64,000 nt of DNA, from positions 792-64,791 of the forward strand of contig JASFZK010000057.1 of NCBI GenBank assembly GCA_045267845.1. Direction: 5' to 3'. How positions within the stretch are numbered: the first letter of the stretch is position 1; every line of letters begins with the position of its first letter. The stretch comes from Bacteroidota bacterium (GTDB lineage Bacteria > Bacteroidota > Bacteroidia > Bacteroidales > F082). Shown piece after piece: positions 47,378 through 56,359 of this stretch. The notes below the pieces were generated by a model. The model was not told the origin of the DNA, searched no databases, and saw nothing but the letters and a program-made list of their open reading frames with translations. Made by a program: the position numbers and the translations under genes.

Positions 47378-48268
47378 CTATTTATTAACTCCGTTACTAA
47401 TATATTCCATAAAATAAACATATGCATGTTCGAGTGTTGGTTCAATTTCAACAGCTTTGGCATCATTGTAATTATCAGCTACGAACTGAACACTCCAGCC
47501 ATAATCATTTGGAATAGTAGAAATTACTGGATATTTGTTTTTTAATATGTCGTATTCAGTACCAGATGTTTCGATTTGCCAGGCATGTCCTTTTGTAAGA
47601 TTAATAAGTTTTTCGGGAGAACCATTAAAGCTTAATTTACCACCATCCAGTAAAGCCATATTATTACAAATACTCGAAATATCACCCACAATATGTGTAG
47701 ATAACACAATTATTGCATCTTGATTACTCATATCCGACATGAGATTCCTAAACCTAATGCGCTCTTCGGGATCGAGGCCGGTAGTGGGTTCATCAACTAC
47801 AAGTATTTTTGGTTCGCCAATTAATGCCTGAGCAATTCCCAAACGCCGTTTCATTCCTCCTGAAAGCTTGTCGGCATTACGTTCACGAACATCAAAAAGG
47901 CCAACTTTTTCAAGCCATAAATCTACTTTTTGAAGCCGTTGTTTTTTATTTCTTATACCAGATAATCGGGCTGCATAGTCTAAAAACTCCCATGTTTTAA
48001 GCTTGGTGAAAAACCTAAAATCCTGGGGGAGATAGCCAAGCATGTCTCTTATTTCTCCCCGGTTCTTGGAAATATCCATTTGATTTACAAACACATTACC
48101 ACTTGATGGCTTCATGAGTGTTACTAATATTCGCATAAGTGTTGACTTGCCAGCACCATTTGGCCCAAGCAATCCAAACATTCCATTTTCTATTTCGAGA
48201 TTGATATCCGTGAGGGCATGTTTGCCATTATCGTATACTTTATTTAATTCTTGTATAGATATTTTCAT
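47378..48268 (-). CDS. ABC transporter ATP-binding protein (ABC-2/CcmA-like)
   Basis: 296 aa; Walker A GPNGAGKST, signature LSGGMKRRLG, Walker B ILVVDEP. Confidence 0.93.
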   Translation of the reverse strand: MKISIQELNKVYDNGKHALTDINLEIENGMFGLLGPNGAGKSTLMRILVTLMKPSSGNVFVNQMDISKNRGEIRDMLGYLPQDFRFFTKLKTWEFLDYAARLSGIRNKKQRLQKVDLWLEKVGLFDVRERNADKLSGGMKRRLGIAQALIGEPKILVVDEPTTGLDPEERIRFRNLMSDMSNQDAIIVLSTHIVGDISSICNNMALLDGGKLSFNGSPEKLINLTKGHAWQIETSGTEYDILKNKYPVISTIPNDYGWSVQFVADNYNDAKAVEIEPTLEHAYVYFMEYISNGVNK

Positions 48269-48452
48269 GGGTTTGGAATGATTTTATCACCAATAAAGCC
48301 CCCATGTTTATAGGGGCTGCTAATATAAACTTTTTGTAAGGTTTTTTGTTGTGATGATACAGTGTATTATTGAAAATATCCTAAATTTATGTTAAAAACA
48401 TCAACAAAAAACAAATAAAGCTATTTGCATTAATAATCATAACCATGAATCC

Positions 48453-48571
48453 AATGAAACTCCTCGCAGCAAGCTGACGAGGTATCTTAATCGAATTTTG
48501 TTTTTTTACGTCGCATCAAGATGCGGGGAATAGTACCCATGAAATCCCTCGGCTATCACTCGGGATCAGTG
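48453..48571 (+). repeat. 118-nt multi-hairpin intergenic element, copy 2
   Basis: Same orientation and same hairpin CCTCG-N11-CGAGG as copy 1. Confidence 0.9.
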
Positions 48572-48903
48572 CAAACGCATCAAAAAAAATATGGCATTTT
48601 ATTCTTTGAGAAACTCTGCGTAATGCTTTGTGTGTACTTGTATTATAGCTATCGCACAAAGTAGCACTAAAGAGAAATAACAATTCATCTTAGATACATT
48701 ATACACGCAATTGATTTTACACATAATGCACTGTTTTAGGGTGACTTACGCAATTTTCAAAAGAGACCCAAACTTTACTATTTACTTATCGTTAATTCAA
48801 ATAAAAATAATACCTTTGATGCATATGTTATTGAACAAGTAATGAGAATACTGCTTATGCAATATTATTTATTCTGTTACATTTTGACATCAAAACCAAA
48901 ACC

Positions 48904-51396
48904 ATGAAAAAATTAATCTCAACAGCTATTGTTATAGTTTGGAGCCTCACATGCTATTCTGTATTTGGACAATCACTTGTGTTCAACTATATAGCCCCAG
49001 TACCAAACTCAGAATACATTAATCCCGAACAGTCAATCATACTAAAAACCGGTGATCCATTTGATCAAAATTCCATTGATCTATGTGAAATAATAATCAC
49101 GGGTTCAGAAAGTGGAATACATGAATTTTCATGGAAACTGTCGGAGGATAGAAAAACGTTGGTAATTATTCCTGATAATAGTTTCTTATATGGGGAAACC
49201 GTATACGTAAAAATTGCAAATGGACTAACCACACAAGATAAATTAGCGATATTTAATACAGATTTCCATTTTAAGATTAAGATGCAGGATAATCTCCCAT
49301 TGTTAAAAGAGTATTATTTAAAAGAGCATCTAAAAGAAATATCACTAAGCAATAGTATTAATAGTAAAAAGCCATTAAACATAACTGATGGCGATTATAA
49401 AACTCCAGTGGATTACCCCGGACCAGAAATGATAAATTATGAAGAAACAGATGATGATTATCTATTTTTCACGCTTAACCCCAGAGCTGGAGCTCCCGAA
49501 TTCAACAATTATATTTCAATAAATGATAAGTTTGGCGTTCCCATATTCTTTAGAAAAACTGAAACTAATTGTATGAATTTTCATGTAATGCCTGATGGTA
49601 AGTTAGCATACGCATGGAATGATTACGGTAATCCGGAAAATGAAAAATATTATTTTATGGATAGTTCATATGTTGTTATTGATTCAGTAAAAACTGGGAA
49701 TGGCTATAATATGGATGGGCACGATATGCTATGGATGGGCAATGGTCATTATTTATTGATGTCATACGATCCGCAACCTGTTGATATGAGTCAGGTCGTT
49801 CTGGGCGGAAACCCAAATGCAACTGTTATTGGGTTGGTAATACAGGAAGTTGATACATACGGAACAGTATATTTTCAATGGCGTAGCTGGGATCATTTTT
49901 TAATTACTGATGCCACTGATGATATTAACCTGTTGGCAGCTAGTATAGATTATGTTCATGGCAATGCTTTTGCATTTGATTTGGATGGGAACCTACTTAT
50001 CTCATCAAGGCATTTAGATGAGATAACCAAAATAAATTATGAAACAGGTGATATAATTTATAGATTTGGGTTACTTTCTAAAAACAATCAGTTTGTGATT
50101 AATAATGATCCCATTGGTTTTTCACATCAGCACGATATTCGTGTGTTACAAAATGGAAATATTACACTATTTGACAATGGTAACCTTCGCCCTTCACAAT
50201 TTTCTCAAGCACTTGAGTATTCAATAAACGAAGTTACAATGACGGCAAATAGGGTATGGCAATATCAAACAGAACCTACTGTTTATGGACAGGCTACTGG
50301 GAGTTATAGAAGGTCAGCCAATGGGAAAAACCTTATTGGATGGGGAACCACATGGCCGCTGGCTGCAATTGAAGTATTGACAAATAACAATAAAGTATTT
50401 GAAGTGTATTTACCCAACAGAGTAGTTTCTTATAGGGTTCTTAAACACAAATGGGTTACTAATCTTTTTACTGCTCCCACAAGTTTGCATTTTGGCAACT
50501 TCGAAGGTAAAACAGAAGCAATAGTAATGGTACTACCTGTGAAAAATAATTCTGAACAGCTAATTCGCATAACCAGTACATCTAATCACAACGAAATATT
50601 CAATGTAATCGACGACCTGCCTTTAAACATACCGGCAGGCGAAACAATAGAATTAAACATTAGTTTCTTGCCGCAATCAGTTGGTGCTTATGGAGATCGA
50701 TTAACACTAAATTATGATAAATTGGGATTGGGCACAACCGAACGAATAGCCAGACAAATTAGTTTACATGGCATATGGAATAATTCTTTACCAACAATAA
50801 CTTTTTCGCCCGAATATGGGTCAGTTAATATTGACCGTGATACTGATATAACTATTTTATTTTCAAGACCCATTAGAAAAGCAGGTGGCAACTTAATTCA
50901 GAATAATGATATCCCTAATATTTTCTCATTTAATGTATCAAATATTTGGGGAACTGATGTGACATTCACAGGTACTATTTCAGAAGACCGAAAACAGATA
51001 ATCATAAGCCCCACTGAGCCTCTGGATGAGATTGAACAATATTTTGTTGAACTCAAGGCTTCTACAATTGAAGATGATGATGGTATGATAATCGACTGTC
51101 CGGAAGCCACAGTTTTCACTACTGGTTTCGCAGTAGTTATGAATCCAAGCAAGGCTTCATCACGTGTGAACATTTTTCCATCACCATTTGTTGATAGATT
51201 ATTAATAACATCAAATAATCAAAATATCGGTAATATTCGTATTTATAATAACTCAGGTAATGAGATTATAAACTTGAATTGTAATGAGAAAGAAATCAGT
51301 ATTGATACCCAAAACATTCCTCAAGGTATATATTTTATTAAGATATCCAATAACGTAACTAAAGCTGAAATAACTAAGATTGTGAAGGTTAGATAG
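48904..51396 (+). CDS. arylsulfotransferase (ASST)-like beta-propeller protein with Ig-like domains and T9SS C-terminal domain
   Basis: 830 aa; signal peptide; FSHQHDIRVLQNGNITLFDNGN block typical of ASST; C-terminal IFPSPFVDRLLI...GIYFIKISN...IVKVR. Confidence 0.6.
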   Translation: MKKLISTAIVIVWSLTCYSVFGQSLVFNYIAPVPNSEYINPEQSIILKTGDPFDQNSIDLCEIIITGSESGIHEFSWKLSEDRKTLVIIPDNSFLYGETVYVKIANGLTTQDKLAIFNTDFHFKIKMQDNLPLLKEYYLKEHLKEISLSNSINSKKPLNITDGDYKTPVDYPGPEMINYEETDDDYLFFTLNPRAGAPEFNNYISINDKFGVPIFFRKTETNCMNFHVMPDGKLAYAWNDYGNPENEKYYFMDSSYVVIDSVKTGNGYNMDGHDMLWMGNGHYLLMSYDPQPVDMSQVVLGGNPNATVIGLVIQEVDTYGTVYFQWRSWDHFLITDATDDINLLAASIDYVHGNAFAFDLDGNLLISSRHLDEITKINYETGDIIYRFGLLSKNNQFVINNDPIGFSHQHDIRVLQNGNITLFDNGNLRPSQFSQALEYSINEVTMTANRVWQYQTEPTVYGQATGSYRRSANGKNLIGWGTTWPLAAIEVLTNNNKVFEVYLPNRVVSYRVLKHKWVTNLFTAPTSLHFGNFEGKTEAIVMVLPVKNNSEQLIRITSTSNHNEIFNVIDDLPLNIPAGETIELNISFLPQSVGAYGDRLTLNYDKLGLGTTERIARQISLHGIWNNSLPTITFSPEYGSVNIDRDTDITILFSRPIRKAGGNLIQNNDIPNIFSFNVSNIWGTDVTFTGTISEDRKQIIISPTEPLDEIEQYFVELKASTIEDDDGMIIDCPEATVFTTGFAVVMNPSKASSRVNIFPSPFVDRLLITSNNQNIGNIRIYNNSGNEIINLNCNEKEISIDTQNIPQGIYFIKISNNVTKAEITKIVKVR

Positions 51397-51507
51397 CGCA
51401 TGTTCATATTTTTTTAAGTGTTTCATTAGTTAATCTTATTTATTAACCTACACAAAAATATTTATAGATTAATAAAGGACTCATAGGTCTTTTATTATTA
51501 AATTGTG

Positions 51508-51515
51508 TAGCTTTG
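51508..51515 (+). promoter_or_regulatory. TAnnTTTG -7 box (TAGCTTTG)
   Basis: 27 nt upstream of ATG 51543. Confidence 0.5.
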
Positions 51516-51542
51516 CATTTTAAAATAAAAAATAAACTAGAA

Positions 51543-52247
51543 ATGGATATTACACAAATAAATAAATTAACAGTAGGTGAAATAGTTGCTGACGATTTTA
51601 GAACCTCATCAGTTTTTAAAAATGCGGGTATTGATTTTTGCTGCGGCGGCAAACAAAACATTACTGAAGCTTGTATTGAAAAAGGAATTAATCAGGAGGA
51701 ATTAACAACTAGGATAATGGAGCTTGCTAAGGAACCTATTAATCCATCAATGAATTTTAAAGAGTGGGAACTTGGGTTTTTATGTGATTATATTACCAAT
51801 ACACATCACAAATTCGTTATTAAAAATTTACCTGACTTACTATTTTACACAAATAAAATTGCAGAAGTACATGGTGATCATCATCCTGAATTAATTACAG
51901 TTGCTAGTCTTTTTAAGCAAATAGGTGAAGCACTTACACCTCATTTAAAAAATGAAGAAGAGATTCTATTTCCTGCAATTAAGGAGGTTGTTTCATCGGG
52001 CTCACCAACAGCAAAAGAAACTATTGTTAGTGAGATTTCGCAAATGGTTGGTGAACATGAGTTTGCAGGAGGTGCCATAGACGAAATCAATGTGATTACA
52101 AAAGGATATCTCCTACCCGAAGATGCCTGCAACACTTACCAAGTTACTTTTAAGTTACTTGAAGAATTTGAAGATGACCTGCATGTTCATGTTCATCTTG
52201 AGAATAACATTCTTTACCCAAAGGCATTGGAGTTAGCTCAAATCTAA
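51543..52247 (+). CDS. iron-sulfur cluster repair di-iron protein (RIC/YtfE/ScdA family)
   Basis: Start at MDITQINKL (TAGCTTTG box at 51508-51515); ScdA N-domain DFCCGG; hemerythrin-like HHxxEE...LFP and HVHLENN. Confidence 0.85.
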   Translation: MDITQINKLTVGEIVADDFRTSSVFKNAGIDFCCGGKQNITEACIEKGINQEELTTRIMELAKEPINPSMNFKEWELGFLCDYITNTHHKFVIKNLPDLLFYTNKIAEVHGDHHPELITVASLFKQIGEALTPHLKNEEEILFPAIKEVVSSGSPTAKETIVSEISQMVGEHEFAGGAIDEINVITKGYLLPEDACNTYQVTFKLLEEFEDDLHVHVHLENNILYPKALELAQI

Positions 52248-54511
52248 AATCCAACGTATAATATATTTACCACGCCATCTTCTTGTAAATAACCAAATGG
52301 AATCAGCCCTGAGCTAGCTTTTGCATTTACATTTTGCTTAATGGTATAATTGTTATTCTCATACCCTTCAATTGTCCAGTTAGCCAGGTGCGCATCTGGC
52401 AACTGGGCCATTAATGTGTAATACATTCCATTATTAATGGTTATGCCAACTGGAACATAGTTTTCATGTAACCACGGCTGTAAATCGTGTGCCACTGAAT
52501 TAAGTTCCATTTCCGACTCAACCAATTGCCATGCTGTTGCTGATAACTGTGACATAATATAAAGCACATAGAGCTTTCCATTTTTAGTAAAAGAAATACC
52601 CATTGGAAAATACCCCTGCTCCATATTACTTGAAATACCTACCTGAAGAGCCTCAACACCATCATACCACTCCAAATTCCATGACGTCATACCAAGCGGA
52701 TTATCATCAATGTAGTACACAACAACTTCGTGATCATTTGCATAAATCCCTGCTGGTGTTTTACCGCTATTTGTTGCACTAGAAATATCATTTTGTAATG
52801 ATGATGAATTATTCTTGATTTTTTGGGCCGACCAGCCATTACCTTGAATAAAAATGCCAGTAGACTTTTTTACTTCAGTATGATTATTAATTACAGGCTC
52901 ATTATAATCAGGCTTGGGATTTTCATGCGGATCTTTGGGTTTTTCATTATTGTTATTCCAAGAGTTAGTGTTTTGATTGCTTTGCTCAGTATTATTTTTA
53001 GTATAATCAACCTTTACAAATGTAGCTGAGGTTGACTTTACATTTGGAGTATTATTTGTAACTTGAGTTACGGAACTACCATTAATAGCAATAGTTTCTG
53101 TGGTTGAAAGAAATTCGGAATCTACTTTAACAACTAGTTTTACTGTATGTTGTCCGCTAGTAACATTATCTGGCAAAGCAAATGAAACATTCATATCTTC
53201 AATACTTTGGTAACCTGGAAAATGGGGCTTAGAACGAGTACTTTGCGTAATTTGTTTTCCATCAAACACTACATTAATTATTGTTGAAAAGTTACCTCCC
53301 TTATGTACTATCCCAAAGTTTATTTTGACATATTTTTTACCTCCGCCAAAATCAGATATATTTTTATCAATTTTTAGATTACAAATTGCAAACTTACCAG
53401 CAGGAGTATCGGCTTTATCTTTATTGCTTGTTTTTGAAGCTGCATTTTCACCACAATTCTTTTGGTATGTCTTATTAAAAATAGCATCGGTAACACCTAA
53501 AAATTCAACCCATCTATCAGTATGATATGTTAAAAACTCAGCTTTTTTTTCAGCATCATCACTAGCCTTTATGTTACCTTCAATAAGGTACCAATCCTTA
53601 TGAGCACTGGTTGTAATTGCACCATAATTACTTCTAAAATCTCCACACGAAATTTCATAAGTTCCAAAATCATTACACGCTACCTCAACATCTGTTTGAA
53701 ACGGACCATAATCCCAATTATATTTAATATCTGAATAGGATAACTTTGCCAATGGCCCAGATGCCGCTTCACCAAGCAATGTATTAATATAATCAACATT
53801 TGCTTTAAAATCATTAATAACAATTACATTGCTTTGGATGTATCGTTTGTAATCATTATACAAGTTTTGCGAATGACGGGCTCTAGATGACATTCTATTA
53901 ATATCCATTTCAAAAATCTCAATATCGATTCCTTCCCTACTAGCCTTCTCAATCTTTTTATAATTTTCAATAAAGTCATTCATATTGCCATACAGATCGT
54001 ATGCAAACTTCGGAAGGTTGGCTGTTCCAAGGTTTTCGGCTGCACTTTCGAAGGTCTCGTACAAAGTTTTAAGCTGTGAGCCATATGTCATCGCCTGATC
54101 CAGTCTATTCAATTGCACCATTGATTCTAAGCCTTTAAGCGACTCTTGCTGGTTAGCCATAATTCTATCACAGCGTGCCTCATAATCTACCCAAAACTGT
54201 GGGTTAAGCTGGCCTGGCAAATCATTTTTAATGAAAACGCTAAAATAAGGATTTGCCATCTTTGCCTCTTTATATGTTTGGTCAAAGGTTCCCCAGATTA
54301 TTTCGTTATTGAGTTCTTTGTTAATTTCAACAAGCTTATCAATGGCCTTAAATATTTTTTTGTGAGAAGCTAATTGATGTAGGTTCTCTATTTTTTGATT
54401 AATACTTGTAGCTGCATCTCTTACGGTTTGCTCAGCAGTTTGAGCTCCTCCTGCAAAACCATAAAATACGCAAATAAGAATAATAAACACAGTCTTTAAT
54501 CGAGCCTTCAT
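52244..54511 (-). CDS. secreted protein of unknown function (helical N-region, Ig-like middle, four C-terminal ~45-aa repeats)
   Basis: 755 aa; signal peptide; Asn/Pro-rich linker; no motif I can name. Confidence 0.6.
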   Translation of the reverse strand: MKARLKTVFIILICVFYGFAGGAQTAEQTVRDAATSINQKIENLHQLASHKKIFKAIDKLVEINKELNNEIIWGTFDQTYKEAKMANPYFSVFIKNDLPGQLNPQFWVDYEARCDRIMANQQESLKGLESMVQLNRLDQAMTYGSQLKTLYETFESAAENLGTANLPKFAYDLYGNMNDFIENYKKIEKASREGIDIEIFEMDINRMSSRARHSQNLYNDYKRYIQSNVIVINDFKANVDYINTLLGEAASGPLAKLSYSDIKYNWDYGPFQTDVEVACNDFGTYEISCGDFRSNYGAITTSAHKDWYLIEGNIKASDDAEKKAEFLTYHTDRWVEFLGVTDAIFNKTYQKNCGENAASKTSNKDKADTPAGKFAICNLKIDKNISDFGGGKKYVKINFGIVHKGGNFSTIINVVFDGKQITQSTRSKPHFPGYQSIEDMNVSFALPDNVTSGQHTVKLVVKVDSEFLSTTETIAINGSSVTQVTNNTPNVKSTSATFVKVDYTKNNTEQSNQNTNSWNNNNEKPKDPHENPKPDYNEPVINNHTEVKKSTGIFIQGNGWSAQKIKNNSSSLQNDISSATNSGKTPAGIYANDHEVVVYYIDDNPLGMTSWNLEWYDGVEALQVGISSNMEQGYFPMGISFTKNGKLYVLYIMSQLSATAWQLVESEMELNSVAHDLQPWLHENYVPVGITINNGMYYTLMAQLPDAHLANWTIEGYENNNYTIKQNVNAKASSGLIPFGYLQEDGVVNILYVGF

Positions 54512-54529
54512 TTTGAAGTGTTTTAAATA

Positions 54530-55837
54530 TTATTTTCTAAAAGTAAATACTGTACCTTGTTCCGAAGTCCTGATTATTTCACTTCCTTTAATTGTATAAG
54601 AATCACTTACACCACCATATCGCTGAGTTAATTTTAGCTGGTTTTCGTCAACCTTCCAAGTGCCAGTATTTTCACTTACATATCCGCCAGAATTCTTAGG
54701 TGAATATTCCTCCCAATATGTGCCGTCGCTAATAATATCAATAAAATGATATTCGACCAGCGACTTGCCATCAGAACGACCCATTAGGTTATATTTTCCG
54801 GTAATACCAGAACTTCCTGAAGTTGATTTATTACTTATGTGATTTCCTTTGGCTGAACTTGTTGAACTATTTCCATCTGAAGTACTGCCACTAAAAATAT
54901 CGTTATTGGTGCTTTGTTCTTCAACAGTAAATCCCAATTCGCGTATTACTTTACCATCCATTTCAAATTTAACAGAATAACTTCCCGTAGGCCACCCAGC
55001 ATTTGGTTTAGTAATACTTACTACCCCAACTCCCCCTTTTTTGTCAGTGAAATTATATGCATCACTACTAATGGTTCTGTTCCTTTCTTTAAAAATCCAG
55101 CTAACAACCAAGTCCTTTTGTGTAGCTCCAGTATAACTAACAACTGCAAAAATTTCTGGAGTTTGAGTATTAAATGTGGTAGTAGGGTTGACTGCATTGT
55201 TATTTGCATCAATGTGATTGCTAAGTTCAATACTTGAAATTTGAAAAGTATTAGATTTCATTTCTACCGATAACCCAGCCAAACCTGAAGGCTTATTCTG
55301 TTTTGTAGTACTAGTGGAGGCGGAAAATCCATCAATGGAAAAAGATTTAACAATTTGTTTTAGCTCCTCACCTTTCTGTTGAATCATACTAGTTGGAATA
55401 AGAGCCGTTAGAACATACCCTTTATTTTTTTGAACAATATATAATGCTGATAAACCAACCTCAGTGCCATTATAATCGATTAAATAAACTCCTTTTTTCG
55501 ATGGTATTCCATTTGCTGTGGTGTGATCATCAAGACTTATTTTTTTTGTTCCTGTCGGAAGCATGCTTTCTTCATAAACCTGAGCAAGTAATTCTGTAGT
55601 AAACCCAGCTCCTGCATCAAAAGCCCGCAATTGTACAGCTGTATTTTCATCGGCACTCATGTAATCATATACCTGATCAGTACCATCCATGTATGAATTT
55701 TTATTCCAGCTTGTGGGTATTTTAATTTTGAATCCGTACTTTGAATCTTGTTGCCATTGTGCACTCAAACTACTGCTTGCTACCATCAGTATGCAAAACA
55801 TACTTATACTTAGCATTTTATTAATTTTCGTTTCCAT
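54530..55837 (-). CDS. secreted protein of unknown function (PsbP/DcrB-like N-domain, GWPxGSY beta-domain, lipocalin-like C-domain)
   Basis: 435 aa; signal peptide ...SLSAQ; YGFKIKIPTSWN start of a PsbP/DcrB-like fold; Ser-rich linkers. Confidence 0.55.
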   Translation of the reverse strand: METKINKMLSISMFCILMVASSSLSAQWQQDSKYGFKIKIPTSWNKNSYMDGTDQVYDYMSADENTAVQLRAFDAGAGFTTELLAQVYEESMLPTGTKKISLDDHTTANGIPSKKGVYLIDYNGTEVGLSALYIVQKNKGYVLTALIPTSMIQQKGEELKQIVKSFSIDGFSASTSTTKQNKPSGLAGLSVEMKSNTFQISSIELSNHIDANNNAVNPTTTFNTQTPEIFAVVSYTGATQKDLVVSWIFKERNRTISSDAYNFTDKKGGVGVVSITKPNAGWPTGSYSVKFEMDGKVIRELGFTVEEQSTNNDIFSGSTSDGNSSTSSAKGNHISNKSTSGSSGITGKYNLMGRSDGKSLVEYHFIDIISDGTYWEEYSPKNSGGYVSENTGTWKVDENQLKLTQRYGGVSDSYTIKGSEIIRTSEQGTVFTFRK

Positions 55838-55851
55838 ATTATTTAATTAAA

Positions 55852-56274
55852 CTATCTAACTTCAAATGATTTTATGTGTGGAGAGCTATCATTATTTCCT
55901 ATACTAATAACAACTTCATAACTACCTATGGGCCAGCCACTATTCGGTTGGCTTAAACGACTATTTAAATCAACATCAATCCCATAATCTGACGAATTTA
56001 AAGTAACCTTATCGATAATAATTGGGTTTCCTTCAACATAGGTCCACACAAAAGTTACCAAAGTATTTTCGGGTGCATTTTTTAATTTGCAACTCACATA
56101 TATTTGCGGATCATTGGGGCTAAAAATAGGATTCTCGTGCTCACAAAGATCTCCGTTAAGATATATACATGTTTTAATATCCTTAATATGAGCGGTGGTT
56201 ACTTCAAATTCACAGGAACTAAGGATTATACTTGCAATAATGACACATCCAAATAAAAAAATTAACTTTTTCAT
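55852..56274 (-). CDS. lipoprotein of unknown function (single GWPxGSY beta-domain)
   Basis: 140 aa; lipobox ILSSC; domain shared with the middle of the 54530-55837 product. Confidence 0.6.
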   Translation of the reverse strand: MKKLIFLFGCVIIASIILSSCEFEVTTAHIKDIKTCIYLNGDLCEHENPIFSPNDPQIYVSCKLKNAPENTLVTFVWTYVEGNPIIIDKVTLNSSDYGIDVDLNSRLSQPNSGWPIGSYEVVISIGNNDSSPHIKSFEVR

Positions 56275-56315
56275 AATGATTTTTATATTAATATTTTAAA
56301 CGTATTTTTTAATAA

Positions 56316-56345
56316 GCGGCTACACAGCGAAAGCTGCGTAACCGC
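56316..56345 (-). other. 13-bp intercistronic hairpin between the fibre gene and the lipoprotein gene
   Basis: GCGGCTACACAGC-GAAA-GCTGCGTAACCGC on the plus strand (two G.U pairs on the minus-strand RNA); no U-run. Confidence 0.6.
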
Positions 56346-56359
56346 ATTAACCAAAAATC

